Shown: positions 18,595-28,136 of the stretch, piece by piece
Layout: every line of letters begins with the position of its first letter
Numbering within the stretch: the first letter of the stretch is position 1
Origin: a virus
Direction: 5' to 3' (one strand)
DNA length: 64,000 bases
Virus record (IMG/VR): IMGVR_UViG_3300029286_000018
Coordinates: 1 to 64,000 of that record
Notes under the pieces: model-generated
The model's database searches: none
What the model was told of the DNA's origin: nothing
What the model saw: only the letters and a program-made list of their open reading frames with translations
Made by a program: the position numbers and the translations under genes

Positions 18595-18956
18595 AAAGCA
18601 AAAAAGAAAAAGCAACCATTGTTCCCAAGGGTTGGGGGCATGAGGTAATCTTTGTCAATAACGACAAGTACTGCGGCAAGTTGTTGAACTTCACGGCAGG
18701 AAAGAAATTTAGTATGCACTACCATACCCTCAAGGACGAAACATGGTATGTGGCAAAAGGAAGTTTTAATCTGTACTGGATTGACACAGAGAAAGGGGAA
18801 ACCGTTTGTGAGAAATTGACTGTTGGTGACATCATTCGCAACTTTCCTGGTCAACCACACCAACTAGAAGCACTAGAGGATTCCACGGTGTTTGAAGTGT
18901 CAACACAGCACTTTGATCACGATAGTCACAGAATAACTTTAGGAGATGTTCTTTAA
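18591..18956 (+). CDS. Cupin protein (mannose-6-phosphate isomerase-like)
   Basis: KGWG.E, SMHYH..KDETWYV, PG.PHQ, EVST. Confidence 0.75.
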   Translation: MKSKKEKATIVPKGWGHEVIFVNNDKYCGKLLNFTAGKKFSMHYHTLKDETWYVAKGSFNLYWIDTEKGETVCEKLTVGDIIRNFPGQPHQLEALEDSTVFEVSTQHFDHDSHRITLGDVL

Positions 18957-19681
18957 TGAGGTACGCATTTGACATTGACAATACCTTGGTGAAAACCAAT
19001 GGCAGCGACTACGAGAATTCCGTGCCTATACAGCACAGAATAGATCGGGTTAATCTTTTGTTTGATGAAGGGCATACCATCTACCTGTTCACGGCAAGAG
19101 GCATGGCTTCGGGCAGGGACTTATATGAGTTCACGGTAAACCAAATGCGAGAATTTGGAATCAAGCATCACCAACTCATCATGGGAAAACCTGATGTGGA
19201 TGTATTTGTAGATGACAAGGCTATCTCTGTGAATGATTGGGATCAGAAAGATTTATTTTCAAAATCTCCTGTGATATGGACAAACGGATGTTATGACATT
19301 ATCCATGTCGGGCATATTTGCCTTTTTGAAAAGTGCCAAGAACTTGCTGCTTCTTGCAATGGTAAATTCGTAATTGGCATAGACTCAGACAAAAGAGTAA
19401 AAAAAATGAAAGGTAATTCTCGTCCTTTCAATACAGAAAATGACCGCGCAAGAGTACTTTTGAGTATAAAAGGGGTTGATTCTGTATGGATATATGATAG
19501 TGATGAAGAATTGGAAAATTTAGTAAAAACATTTTCACCTGAAGTAATGGTATTGGGGGATGAATACAAAAACAGCCTAGTGATTGGTGCTAGTCATGCA
19601 AAAAGTGTAATGTACTTTCCAAAATTGAGTGAGTATTCTACCAGCAAAATTTTGAAGATATATCAAAATGAGCATGAATAG
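18956..19681 (+). CDS. Fusion: HAD phosphatase + heptose-1-phosphate adenylyltransferase (HldE domain II)
   Basis: N-terminal FDIDNT, TARG, MGKP..D.FVDDK (HAD); C-terminal NGCYDIIHVGH (HxGH), GIDSD..V..MKG..RP.N...R, G.EY, YSTS. Confidence 0.85.
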   Translation: MRYAFDIDNTLVKTNGSDYENSVPIQHRIDRVNLLFDEGHTIYLFTARGMASGRDLYEFTVNQMREFGIKHHQLIMGKPDVDVFVDDKAISVNDWDQKDLFSKSPVIWTNGCYDIIHVGHICLFEKCQELAASCNGKFVIGIDSDKRVKKMKGNSRPFNTENDRARVLLSIKGVDSVWIYDSDEELENLVKTFSPEVMVLGDEYKNSLVIGASHAKSVMYFPKLSEYSTSKILKIYQNEHE

Positions 19682-19745
19682 TTTTTGAAATAATAATATT
19701 TTGTTTTTGTCGAAATGAGATAACTTTGCCGATATAGTAATTACT

Positions 19746-20531
19746 ATGGCAAAGAAAATATCTAAGAAAACATCTAATAAAAATAATAAAACAGTAGTTT
19801 CTGCACCGGCAATTCTTAAAAAGCAGCGTCGTGTAATGATAGCTACTCCAGCATATGATGGTCGCATTGACGCATGGTATAACCACTCAATGCTTCTTAC
19901 TGAACGTGCTTGTGCACAGCAGAACATTCTCATAGATCCCATTTACGTATGTTATGATGCTCTCGTAGAAAAGGCTCGTAATGATCTTTTTGCATATGGC
20001 TATGAAAATGAATATGATGACATATTCTATATTGATTCTGATATATCTTGGGACCCACAGCAGTTTTTGAGAATACTTAATCATCCAGTTGATTTTGTTG
20101 CTGGAATATATCCCAAGAAGTCTGAAGTTGAAGACTATCCAGTAAATCTTATGGGTGAAGTTAAGACTGAAAAGGGACTAATTGAAGTAGCTTCTGTTCC
20201 AACTGGCTTCCTGCGATTAAGTAAGAATGCTGTTAATATTCTCTGGAAGTCTTGTCCAGCTTATACTATCAGTCAAGACCCGAAAGTTTTTAAGCACGTT
20301 TTCCAAACTGGTGTTGTTGGAGGTCGTTATATAAGTGAAGATATATTGACGTGCTTAAAGTGGAGAGAACTTGGTCATAAGGTTTGGCTTGATCCATTCG
20401 TAACCTTGGCTCACAGTGGTCATCGTACATGGCGTACAAACTTTATTGATTTCTTAAAGAGAGCTACGGTGCTCAGACAAGATGGTACTGTTGTTCCAGC
20501 ACTTTCCAATGCAGATGCTTTGCAATCTTAA
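19746..20531 (+). CDS. GT-A fold glycosyltransferase-like protein
   Basis: IATPAY, ARN.L, IDSDISW (DxD), YPKK, TGF, SED, LAHSG. Confidence 0.7.
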   Translation: MAKKISKKTSNKNNKTVVSAPAILKKQRRVMIATPAYDGRIDAWYNHSMLLTERACAQQNILIDPIYVCYDALVEKARNDLFAYGYENEYDDIFYIDSDISWDPQQFLRILNHPVDFVAGIYPKKSEVEDYPVNLMGEVKTEKGLIEVASVPTGFLRLSKNAVNILWKSCPAYTISQDPKVFKHVFQTGVVGGRYISEDILTCLKWRELGHKVWLDPFVTLAHSGHRTWRTNFIDFLKRATVLRQDGTVVPALSNADALQS

Positions 20532-20937
20532 AAATGCTATTTTATCTCTAGTAGGAAAAATAGCCAATTTGTTTAAAATAAATGGTGTGGAGTACGCATA
20601 CCATATAATTATCCCCAAAAACAAAGCGCTTAAGGTTAATGATTGTTTCGGTAAATTATGCAAAACTCGCGCTAAACCATTTGTATTACAATTTGCATCT
20701 AAGGGCGTCTCCAGGCAAACGCATGTAGGCGCCCTTTCTTTATCAGAAGACGAGTTAAAAATATTTGAGATCATATTAAAGTTAGATGATTCAAGCATAT
20801 TCTGGTGGAAGGTCGAAAAAGAAACTAATAAGTTAGATGAATGTAATGATGCAGATTGTGTTGTTTACGTTGGTGAAGTACTAGATCCAAAACTGCTCTT
20901 TAAGAAAGCTGGATTTATTTTGCTGAGTCAGGAATAA
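20482..20937 (+). CDS. Hypothetical protein (start uncertain)
   Basis: ORF fills the gap before terminase. Confidence 0.5.
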   Translation: MVLLFQHFPMQMLCNLKNAILSLVGKIANLFKINGVEYAYHIIIPKNKALKVNDCFGKLCKTRAKPFVLQFASKGVSRQTHVGALSLSEDELKIFEIILKLDDSSIFWWKVEKETNKLDECNDADCVVYVGEVLDPKLLFKKAGFILLSQE

Positions 20938-20947
20938 TTATAAAAAA

Positions 20948-23900
20948 ATGGCTAAAGCAGGTAGGCCAAAAAAGAGGAATGATTTGCTATTGGATCTTGA
21001 AAGCTTAAAGCAAGCTGTCAAGAATGTTGTCATTACTGCAACAGACACTGGACGTGCTCCAAGCATAATTGAGTTTGTAGAATCAGAAAAGTATTTAGGA
21101 TTGCCTGTTAAAAAACCAACTCCTATTGATCTATATCCTATGCAAAGAATAATGTTAAAAGCATTTTATTCTGGCAGTATAGGCAATGAAGATTTGTATT
21201 TAACAGACGAAGAGCTAGAGTTATGTAAGAATAACAATTTTGAAGATGAAGAAGTAAGTGATATCTTCATGAAAAAAGATAATGGAAAAATGAAGAGTGA
21301 GCTCGTGCTGGTTTGGGGGCGTCGTTGCTTGTCAGAAGATAACAATATAGTAGACATTAATACAAATAAAATTTATACATTTGGTTCAATGTGGGATTCT
21401 GGAAAGAGAACAATAGACTCATGGACTTATAATGAAAAAAGTAAGAGGATGGAATGTGTATCTAACTGCGATATTATATATCAGGGAATAAGAGATGTAT
21501 ATAAAGTTCAAACTTACAATGGTCATTTTATAGAGGCTACATCAAATCATCCTGTACTGACATCAAATGGATGGAAGCAAGTTAAAGATCTTGATATGAA
21601 TAATGATATGATAGCGATTAGCGAGTCTTTTCCATTTGGTTTAGAAGTAAAAACTGAAATGACGGAAGAACAAGCAAGACTTCTAGGATATATGATAGGT
21701 GATGGAAACTGTTCAAAAGCTGCAACATTTTTGACTTGTTCAAATAAGTCTGTATTGAAAGATTTCAAATTATGCTTGAGCGCACTTGGCGATAACATAA
21801 AAATTTTCAAAGATCCATGGACTGGAGCAAAAAGCAAAAAATATCAATATAAAGTAACTTCTAAGTATTATGAAAACGAGTCTTTAGGAGTAAAAGATTA
21901 TAGAAACAGAACTTTAACGCGTAGAAAAAAGAATTTGCTTATGCAGCTTTTGGTAAAGTATGGTGTAAGCGGTAAGACATGTCATCACAAAAGAACTCCA
22001 AAAGAAATACTCGAAGCACCTAAAAATATCGTCTCTAATTATTTAAAGGCTTTATTTAGCTGTGATGGATCTATTTATATTAAAAAGAGAAAGAAATATG
22101 TCAATCATTGTCAAATAGAATTTTGTACTGTAAATAAACAGCAGGCTTATGATGTTCAGTATTTATTAAGTAAGTTTGGAATATTATCAAGCCTAAGGTT
22201 AAAGTCTGGAAAAACTTTTATAGTTGATGAAAAGCATAATAAAAGAACTTATAACTCAAATTCTTATGTTGTGTCTTTTGTACGCAAGAAGTATATAAGT
22301 ATATTTTTACAAGAAATAGGTTTTATTGGTAAAGATAAAACAGTTAAATTATGCGAGTCTACGTTAAGTAAAATAATTGATAAAGACTCAAACCATGACA
22401 GCTCATTGCCGTATTCATGTTTTAATATAAGGTCTATAGAGCATGTCGGTAAAAAAAGAACATTTGATTTGCAGGTGAGTGATCAAAAGCATTTGCAAAA
22501 TTTTGTAAGTCAGGGATTCATATGTCACAATAGCGGCAAGGACTTCATTGTTTCAATATTGGCATGCTATGAGGCAGCAAAACTTCTTGAGTCTCCTTAT
22601 GGAGATCCATACAGGCTTTATAACTTGGGATCTGGTGCTCCTTTTACTATTTTAACTGTCGCAAATAGTTCGACACAGGCGCAAGTCTTATTTAACGAAA
22701 TAAAAGATAAAATCATTAATAGCAATTATTTTGCTGATAAAATTATACCAGAAGGTATTCTTTCTGATCAAATACATCTTCTGACTCCTGCTGATAAGAT
22801 TAAAAACGCAGAGCTGGAAGCTCGTGGTCTTCCTAAGAATCCAGGGTCTGTTATCATTCGATGCGGTCACAGTAACTCTGATTCATTGGCAGGTATTTCT
22901 TGCTATTGTCTTTTGCTGGACGAGATCGGTCTGTATAAGCAGACGGCGGGTAGTAGTGGTGGTGAAAGTATATATAGGACGCTTGCTCCTGCAACGGCTA
23001 CGTATGTTCGTAAACAAACTTCTATTGATCCATATGGCAACGAAGTGGTAAATGATATTTATGATGGTAAAATTATTTGCATTAGTTCTCCTCGTGGTAA
23101 GGAAGGAATTTTTTATGATCTTTATCGTAAGTCTTCATCAGTTTCTCATCGTGTGATGTGTAAGTTGCCAACGTGGATAGTGAATCCAACACAGACTAGA
23201 GAATTGCTTCGTGAAAAGTTCTCTAACATGACAGAAGAAGAATTCATGATGGAGTTCGGTGGGGAATTTAGTGGTACTGCTGGTCAAACATTCTTTACAA
23301 GAGATATGGTCGAAAAGTGTTTTTATAACAACATGAAGCTGAAAGATCATGGAGAAAGTGGTTTTAGTTATTTCTGTCATCTTGATCCAGCAACTTCATC
23401 TCATAATTATGCACTGTGTGTTTGTCACAGAGAAATGTTTTTAAATCCAGAGACACATAAAACGGATTTTAAAGTAGTAGTAGACCACCTTAAGTACTGG
23501 CAACCATTAGATGGCAAGCCTATTCTTAATGAAGAAGTTGATAATTATATAATTAATCTGAGTCGCAAATTTAATTTTGAAATGGTTACATTTGACCAGT
23601 GGAATTCACAACATAGTATTGATCATTTACGCAAACATAGTATTCCAGCAAAAATGACTCGGTTTACTAAAAGATATAAAATTATTATATATGATAATCT
23701 TTACGATTTAGCATCAGCATCACGTATTCAAATACCAAATCATGATCTTTTGCGAGATGAAATGCTTTATTTGCAGCGTCGTTACACCCCCACTGGTTAT
23801 AGAGTATTTGCTAAGAAAGATGGATTAGTCAAAACTGACGATGTTGTTGACGCCCTTGCAGGTGCAGCGTATGCCTGTATGCATGAAACGTTTGAACGTC

Positions 23901-24025
23901 TCCCTCAAGGATTATTAGTTAGAATGGGAGTAAATTCAATGACAGACGGAGTCGTATTCCGTGGGATGCAGGGTATTCCACTTGATTCTACTTCGGAACA
24001 AAGAAAATGGAGCACAAGATTCTAA
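20948..24025 (+). CDS. terL: Terminase large subunit with intein
   Basis: LYPMQ; Walker A GRR|SGK split by the intein; Walker B LLDE; ISSP; RNase H-like nuclease HLDPA, FDQW, DDVVDA. Confidence 0.92.
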   Translation: MAKAGRPKKRNDLLLDLESLKQAVKNVVITATDTGRAPSIIEFVESEKYLGLPVKKPTPIDLYPMQRIMLKAFYSGSIGNEDLYLTDEELELCKNNNFEDEEVSDIFMKKDNGKMKSELVLVWGRRCLSEDNNIVDINTNKIYTFGSMWDSGKRTIDSWTYNEKSKRMECVSNCDIIYQGIRDVYKVQTYNGHFIEATSNHPVLTSNGWKQVKDLDMNNDMIAISESFPFGLEVKTEMTEEQARLLGYMIGDGNCSKAATFLTCSNKSVLKDFKLCLSALGDNIKIFKDPWTGAKSKKYQYKVTSKYYENESLGVKDYRNRTLTRRKKNLLMQLLVKYGVSGKTCHHKRTPKEILEAPKNIVSNYLKALFSCDGSIYIKKRKKYVNHCQIEFCTVNKQQAYDVQYLLSKFGILSSLRLKSGKTFIVDEKHNKRTYNSNSYVVSFVRKKYISIFLQEIGFIGKDKTVKLCESTLSKIIDKDSNHDSSLPYSCFNIRSIEHVGKKRTFDLQVSDQKHLQNFVSQGFICHNSGKDFIVSILACYEAAKLLESPYGDPYRLYNLGSGAPFTILTVANSSTQAQVLFNEIKDKIINSNYFADKIIPEGILSDQIHLLTPADKIKNAELEARGLPKNPGSVIIRCGHSNSDSLAGISCYCLLLDEIGLYKQTAGSSGGESIYRTLAPATATYVRKQTSIDPYGNEVVNDIYDGKIICISSPRGKEGIFYDLYRKSSSVSHRVMCKLPTWIVNPTQTRELLREKFSNMTEEEFMMEFGGEFSGTAGQTFFTRDMVEKCFYNNMKLKDHGESGFSYFCHLDPATSSHNYALCVCHREMFLNPETHKTDFKVVVDHLKYWQPLDGKPILNEEVDNYIINLSRKFNFEMVTFDQWNSQHSIDHLRKHSIPAKMTRFTKRYKIIIYDNLYDLASASRIQIPNHDLLRDEMLYLQRRYTPTGYRVFAKKDGLVKTDDVVDALAGAAYACMHETFERLPQGLLVRMGVNSMTDGVVFRGMQGIPLDSTSEQRKWSTRF
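21326..22531 (+). mobile_element. Intein with LAGLIDADG homing endonuclease (402 aa)
   Basis: Starts CLSED, block B AT.NHP, LAGLIDADG motifs LLGYMIGDG and LKALFSCDG, ends FDLQV...NFV..G.ICHN followed by Ser; removal restores GRRSGK. Confidence 0.93.
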
Positions 24026-24026
24026 A

Positions 24027-24743
24027 ATGTTTAACTTAAATAAGTGGGTCAAATCCTGGTTTTCTGGAAGCGATATTACTAAAACTGCTTCTCATCACAA
24101 TGTTGGCTTAGAGAATTCCCGTAAGGATCAAGGCACATATGCTGAAGAAGATCCGATGATTGTTGAAAAAAACTTCGAGCGTAAGGATAAAGAAGAGTCA
24201 AAAGCTATAATTGAAGCACGTATGAGCAAGGAGAGTAATTCTGATCATCAGATTGCAGAAGCTCGTATGGACAAAGAGCTTGAATATTCTGTGCGCAAAA
24301 ACGATGATTTCCGCGAGGAAGTTCCTCGTATCTCTGTTGCTACTGAAAAGCATGATCAGGCATATCGTGAAGCATACGCCAAGGCAGAAAAAGAGCTTAC
24401 AAAGCAACACGACTTGTTTGAAAAATATATGGGTAAAGGCGGCAAAAAAGTGCCCGCCAATGTGCCTGCGTCTGCAAATGGTTTAGTAACAAATCCAGAA
24501 AGATTCCAGAATTTTGATGGCGTTCCTGGAGAAGATGTTCAGAAAAATTTAAAAAATATTAGTGAACGCTCTGCAGTAAAACCAATGCATACCGTTGGAG
24601 ATTTAGACTCTATTAAAAAGCTTGATGCTGCTGCATATTATGTTGCATTTAAGGCTGCTTCATCAGGTCGTGAAATGAATGAAGAAGAGACTAACGTAAT
24701 TCAATCTATCATTCAGAAAAAGCGCAAAATACTGCAATCATAA
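24027..24743 (+). CDS. Hypothetical protein, putative internal head protein
   Basis: Start MFNLNKW right after terL stop; KTAS/KAAS motifs; repeated I.EARM. Confidence 0.6.
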   Translation: MFNLNKWVKSWFSGSDITKTASHHNVGLENSRKDQGTYAEEDPMIVEKNFERKDKEESKAIIEARMSKESNSDHQIAEARMDKELEYSVRKNDDFREEVPRISVATEKHDQAYREAYAKAEKELTKQHDLFEKYMGKGGKKVPANVPASANGLVTNPERFQNFDGVPGEDVQKNLKNISERSAVKPMHTVGDLDSIKKLDAAAYYVAFKAASSGREMNEEETNVIQSIIQKKRKILQS

Positions 24744-25177
24744 TGATCAAAATTGCTAGACGCGGTACAGGTTGGCCAGCAGCATTTGAAAATCCTCTCG
24801 ACAGAGGGGATCCTTATAGGCGTTATATACCTCCTAATAGCGGAGAGTCTCCCAAACTTACTATGCTTGGCAATCAGGGTATTGGCCTAGAACCGCCTGA
24901 TGCTTCTGGTTCGATTGGCGGAGACAGTACTCTCGATCATATTTTACCTTCGGACTACGTGCATCCTTGGGCTGACCAAGATCCCGACCATCCATTTAAT
25001 TCCGTATCTGACCGTGACGATGGAGTTTTACCGTATGGTGAGTCTGGTCAGGAATTAAATTTTACTACAGACGACAATCCTCTTTCTAGGCGTAGACGTG
25101 TTTTTTCATTGATGTCTGACGACAAAGATAGAAAGCCAGGTCAATTGACGGGCGATCTTTCTAAGAAAAGGATATAA
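24743..25177 (+). CDS. Hypothetical protein, putative head protein
   Basis: TAATG coupling; starts MIKIAR. Confidence 0.6.
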   Translation: MIKIARRGTGWPAAFENPLDRGDPYRRYIPPNSGESPKLTMLGNQGIGLEPPDASGSIGGDSTLDHILPSDYVHPWADQDPDHPFNSVSDRDDGVLPYGESGQELNFTTDDNPLSRRRRVFSLMSDDKDRKPGQLTGDLSKKRI

Positions 25178-25179
25178 TC

Positions 25180-25758
25180 ATGCAATTTAAGACTACAGAT
25201 AAAGTTGTTGGCGAGATTGTTCTCGGCGGTTTAAGTTTAATTCTAAAAAAGAATTCTACTTTTGATGTATCAAAAGATAAAACTGGTCATCATGAGCTTG
25301 TTTGGGCAATACATAATGGGTACATTTCTGCTGTTGATGTTGATGCTCAGATCGCAGCTGGTGCAAAAAAGAAAATTTATGTTAACAATTCAAAGAAGAC
25401 TATTGTTAGTGCTAGTCTAAAGAGTCCAATTATGCCTGGCAATCGTGTTGTTGTGCTCGAAGATGATCCAACTTGCTATGAGCTTAATAAGCTAGTAGAA
25501 ATGAAATTGATTAGCGTTGAAGAGGAAGTCACTGTTGCTACTCCTCCTGTCGTCGTAAAGGATGAAGGCAAGGTGTCTATTGATGAAACTTCCGATTCTC
25601 GCAAAAGTTTTAAGAAAAAGCCAACATCGCTTAAGCCTAAAACAAAGGAAAAAGTTAGTAATTCTGACAAATTAATCTCGGAGTCCAAGCCTACAGTATT
25701 CAAACCAGAATCTGATACAATATTTGTAGGTGAGAACAACGAGGAAATAGATATTTGA
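25180..25758 (+). CDS. Hypothetical protein
   Basis: AAGGA RBS; intact ORF. Confidence 0.6.
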   Translation: MQFKTTDKVVGEIVLGGLSLILKKNSTFDVSKDKTGHHELVWAIHNGYISAVDVDAQIAAGAKKKIYVNNSKKTIVSASLKSPIMPGNRVVVLEDDPTCYELNKLVEMKLISVEEEVTVATPPVVVKDEGKVSIDETSDSRKSFKKKPTSLKPKTKEKVSNSDKLISESKPTVFKPESDTIFVGENNEEIDI

Positions 25759-25901
25759 CAAAACTAACATCTTCCAATTTTAAAAATAAACTTAAAAAAG
25801 TAAAGCAAAATAACAAGCGTAATTTATGCCGTTATTTTACTTTATTATATTCTGAAGATTACGCATCTGATCTAATCGGGCAAAAGTGCGAAAATGCATG
25901 A
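25755..25901 (+). CDS. Possible small basic protein (48 aa, TTG start)
   Basis: Open frame spanning the gap and overlapping both neighbours, GAGG upstream; region also holds an imperfect inverted repeat, so it may be non-coding. Confidence 0.3.
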   Translation: MTKLTSSNFKNKLKKVKQNNKRNLCRYFTLLYSEDYASDLIGQKCENA

Positions 25902-26685
25902 ATCTCTTTTGCGTGCAATCGAAGCAGAACTGACCTACTATGGCTATGTAATAGCTAATGGACAAGTTGTATCTTTAGACGGTTCTACATCAGACTCTAT
26001 TGATTTGTTTGAATCTAGAATGAAGATGTTGGAAGATGAACAGATAGAAAAATTAAAGAATTCTTGGGATATGGTCGAGACTCATGTCAAGGCTTTGGCT
26101 GGAGGAATTACAGTTCATGGTCTTCGTGTGCTTCAAAAGGCGATGATAAGACTTTATCGCAAGACGCACAATTCTGTAATCAATGTTAGTCCATCTGCTT
26201 CTCATATAAAAAAACTAACGCAAATTGCTGCGGATAGATTAAGTCAATCTACTGCAGAGCAGGCTGCTGTCGTTTTATCTATGATTGAGATATATGAATA
26301 TAACCTTAAAAAAATAGGATATTTGAAGTATCTCATCAAGAGACATAAAAGATCTTCTTCTCAGTTGATGCCAAAGATTGCATCTGGGACTGGCATTAGC
26401 ATGAACTCTTCCATTCAAGGCTCATATTCCAATCTTGATCTTCCTATGGCAGAAAGAGTATTTGAATGGAATGACATTAATGATGAGACATACGGCAGGC
26501 AGGACTTAAAGCAAAATCAGAGACGTTATAAATTGGGTCTAGAAGATAATGCACCAAGTGATACAAAAATTGGTTTTTATTGGCGTGAATTGCGCAATGA
26601 GCCGTACTTAATGCCAGGTGGCTCGCAGGAAGCTGGCTACGAGACTTCGTATCCATATAGAGCAAACATGTGGGGTAATCCATGA
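25894..26685 (+). CDS. Hypothetical protein, putative head protein
   Basis: Intact ORF; internal KIAS motif precedes a distinct C-terminal segment. Confidence 0.6.
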   Translation: MHESLLRAIEAELTYYGYVIANGQVVSLDGSTSDSIDLFESRMKMLEDEQIEKLKNSWDMVETHVKALAGGITVHGLRVLQKAMIRLYRKTHNSVINVSPSASHIKKLTQIAADRLSQSTAEQAAVVLSMIEIYEYNLKKIGYLKYLIKRHKRSSSQLMPKIASGTGISMNSSIQGSYSNLDLPMAERVFEWNDINDETYGRQDLKQNQRRYKLGLEDNAPSDTKIGFYWRELRNEPYLMPGGSQEAGYETSYPYRANMWGNP

Positions 26686-27089
26686 AAAAGCATAATCAAT
26701 CTTCTATTGTCGATTTTCTCATGCAGCGTGGAACATTCACGTTAAACGGCATGAATGTTATTAGCATAAATTCAAATCAAGCTAAAAATTTGTATTCAAT
26801 ATTTGTGTCTGCAATGAGCGAAGACGGTCATATTAAAATGGCAAAGCCTCTTGCAATGCCAACTACTGATTTTATTGAATTACAAATGGCTGGTCTCATA
26901 GCTGGCGATACATCAAATGTTCATATCACAAAAAATGGTAGTAAGTTACTTGAAAAAATGATTCTATCAGATGATGACTGCACTTTTGCATTAAAGACAA
27001 ATATTGGTGGTCAGTCTATGAATAAGAGTAGTATTGAATCGCATCAGGAAGGTTTATTGCCGAGAACAGCTGGCATATTCAGATTATGA
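26682..27089 (+). CDS. Hypothetical protein (winged-helix-like)
   Basis: L...GLI......ITKNG..LL pattern; ATGA coupling. Confidence 0.5.
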   Translation: MKKHNQSSIVDFLMQRGTFTLNGMNVISINSNQAKNLYSIFVSAMSEDGHIKMAKPLAMPTTDFIELQMAGLIAGDTSNVHITKNGSKLLEKMILSDDDCTFALKTNIGGQSMNKSSIESHQEGLLPRTAGIFRL

Positions 27090-27295
27090 TACAGTTGTAT
27101 TATAAATACAAAAATGAGAGAGATCGCTCTTCTTGTATGGATTTTTTAAAGCATAGTGGTTTTTGGAATGATATTGATATTGATATTTCAAGGTCTGTTT
27201 CTCATAGATTAACAATATCTATGGAGGCAGACGGTGCTGACGATTTTAGTATAAGGGCAAAATATAAAGGCTTTAAATTTCATGAAGTCGATTAA
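27086..27295 (+). CDS. Small hypothetical protein
   Basis: ATGA-coupled ORF. Confidence 0.5.
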   Translation: MIQLYYKYKNERDRSSCMDFLKHSGFWNDIDIDISRSVSHRLTISMEADGADDFSIRAKYKGFKFHEVD

Positions 27296-28136
27296 AGACA
27301 GCAAGAAAATTTTTGTAGAGTTAGCAAAGACTCCTTATAAACAGAGCCAAGGGCTTATGTTTAGAAAAGAACTTCAACCTGATTCTGGTATGTTGTTTGT
27401 TTTTGATGATCCAAAACCATTAAGCTTTTGGGGAATGAATACTTTTATCCCTCTTGATATTGCTTTCATTGATGAGCATGGAATTATAAAAGATTTAAAA
27501 AGAATTAAGCAGCATGATTTAACAAGCGTAAAATCAAGTTGTCCTTGCAAGTTTGCTCTTGAAGTTTCTGATGGATGGTTTAAGGAAAATGGATTCGTAG
27601 TAGGTGATTTCATGGAATCTTTGCTTAAAGATTCTGATGGTCATATTATGCTTATAAAAAATAAACTTAGTCAAAAAACTGCACAAGTTGTTCCTGATGA
27701 AGAGTTAGAAGATGTTGAGCCAGAAGTTGTCAGTCCAGAAAAAGAAGAAGAACCAATTCTGGAAAAAGAAAAACCTGAAGCTACACCTACTCCAGTCGCC
27801 CCTGAAGAAGTAGCTCCAGTCGCTGCACCTGAATTAGAAGAACCTGGTATATCTGTCCCAAAATTTGATAGCATTTTTGACGCATTGAGGTGGTCTATGG
27901 CTAATCTGCAAGTTATGAGAGTTACCTATAAAACAGTAAAAGGTCATGTCGTTACTAAGGACATTGAGCCTCATAAAGTATTTTTCTCTAGATCTAGCAA
28001 GAGACAGGTTTTAAAAGCATATGATGAAACGGCAGACCATGCCAGTCAATATATTATTATGAATATTGTTTCATATGGTTTTCCTGGAAGGAATTTTGCT
28101 CCTAGAAGCATATTATTATCACGGAGACTTATATGA
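27282..28136 (+). CDS. DUF192 domain + acidic linker + WYL-like domain protein
   Basis: ELA.TP....GLMFR..L....GMLFVF, FW..NT.IPLDIAF, ALEV (DUF192); C-terminal VTY....G.....IEP.......L.AYD (WYL-like). Confidence 0.7.
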   Translation: MKSIKDSKKIFVELAKTPYKQSQGLMFRKELQPDSGMLFVFDDPKPLSFWGMNTFIPLDIAFIDEHGIIKDLKRIKQHDLTSVKSSCPCKFALEVSDGWFKENGFVVGDFMESLLKDSDGHIMLIKNKLSQKTAQVVPDEELEDVEPEVVSPEKEEEPILEKEKPEATPTPVAPEEVAPVAAPELEEPGISVPKFDSIFDALRWSMANLQVMRVTYKTVKGHVVTKDIEPHKVFFSRSSKRQVLKAYDETADHASQYIIMNIVSYGFPGRNFAPRSILLSRRLI

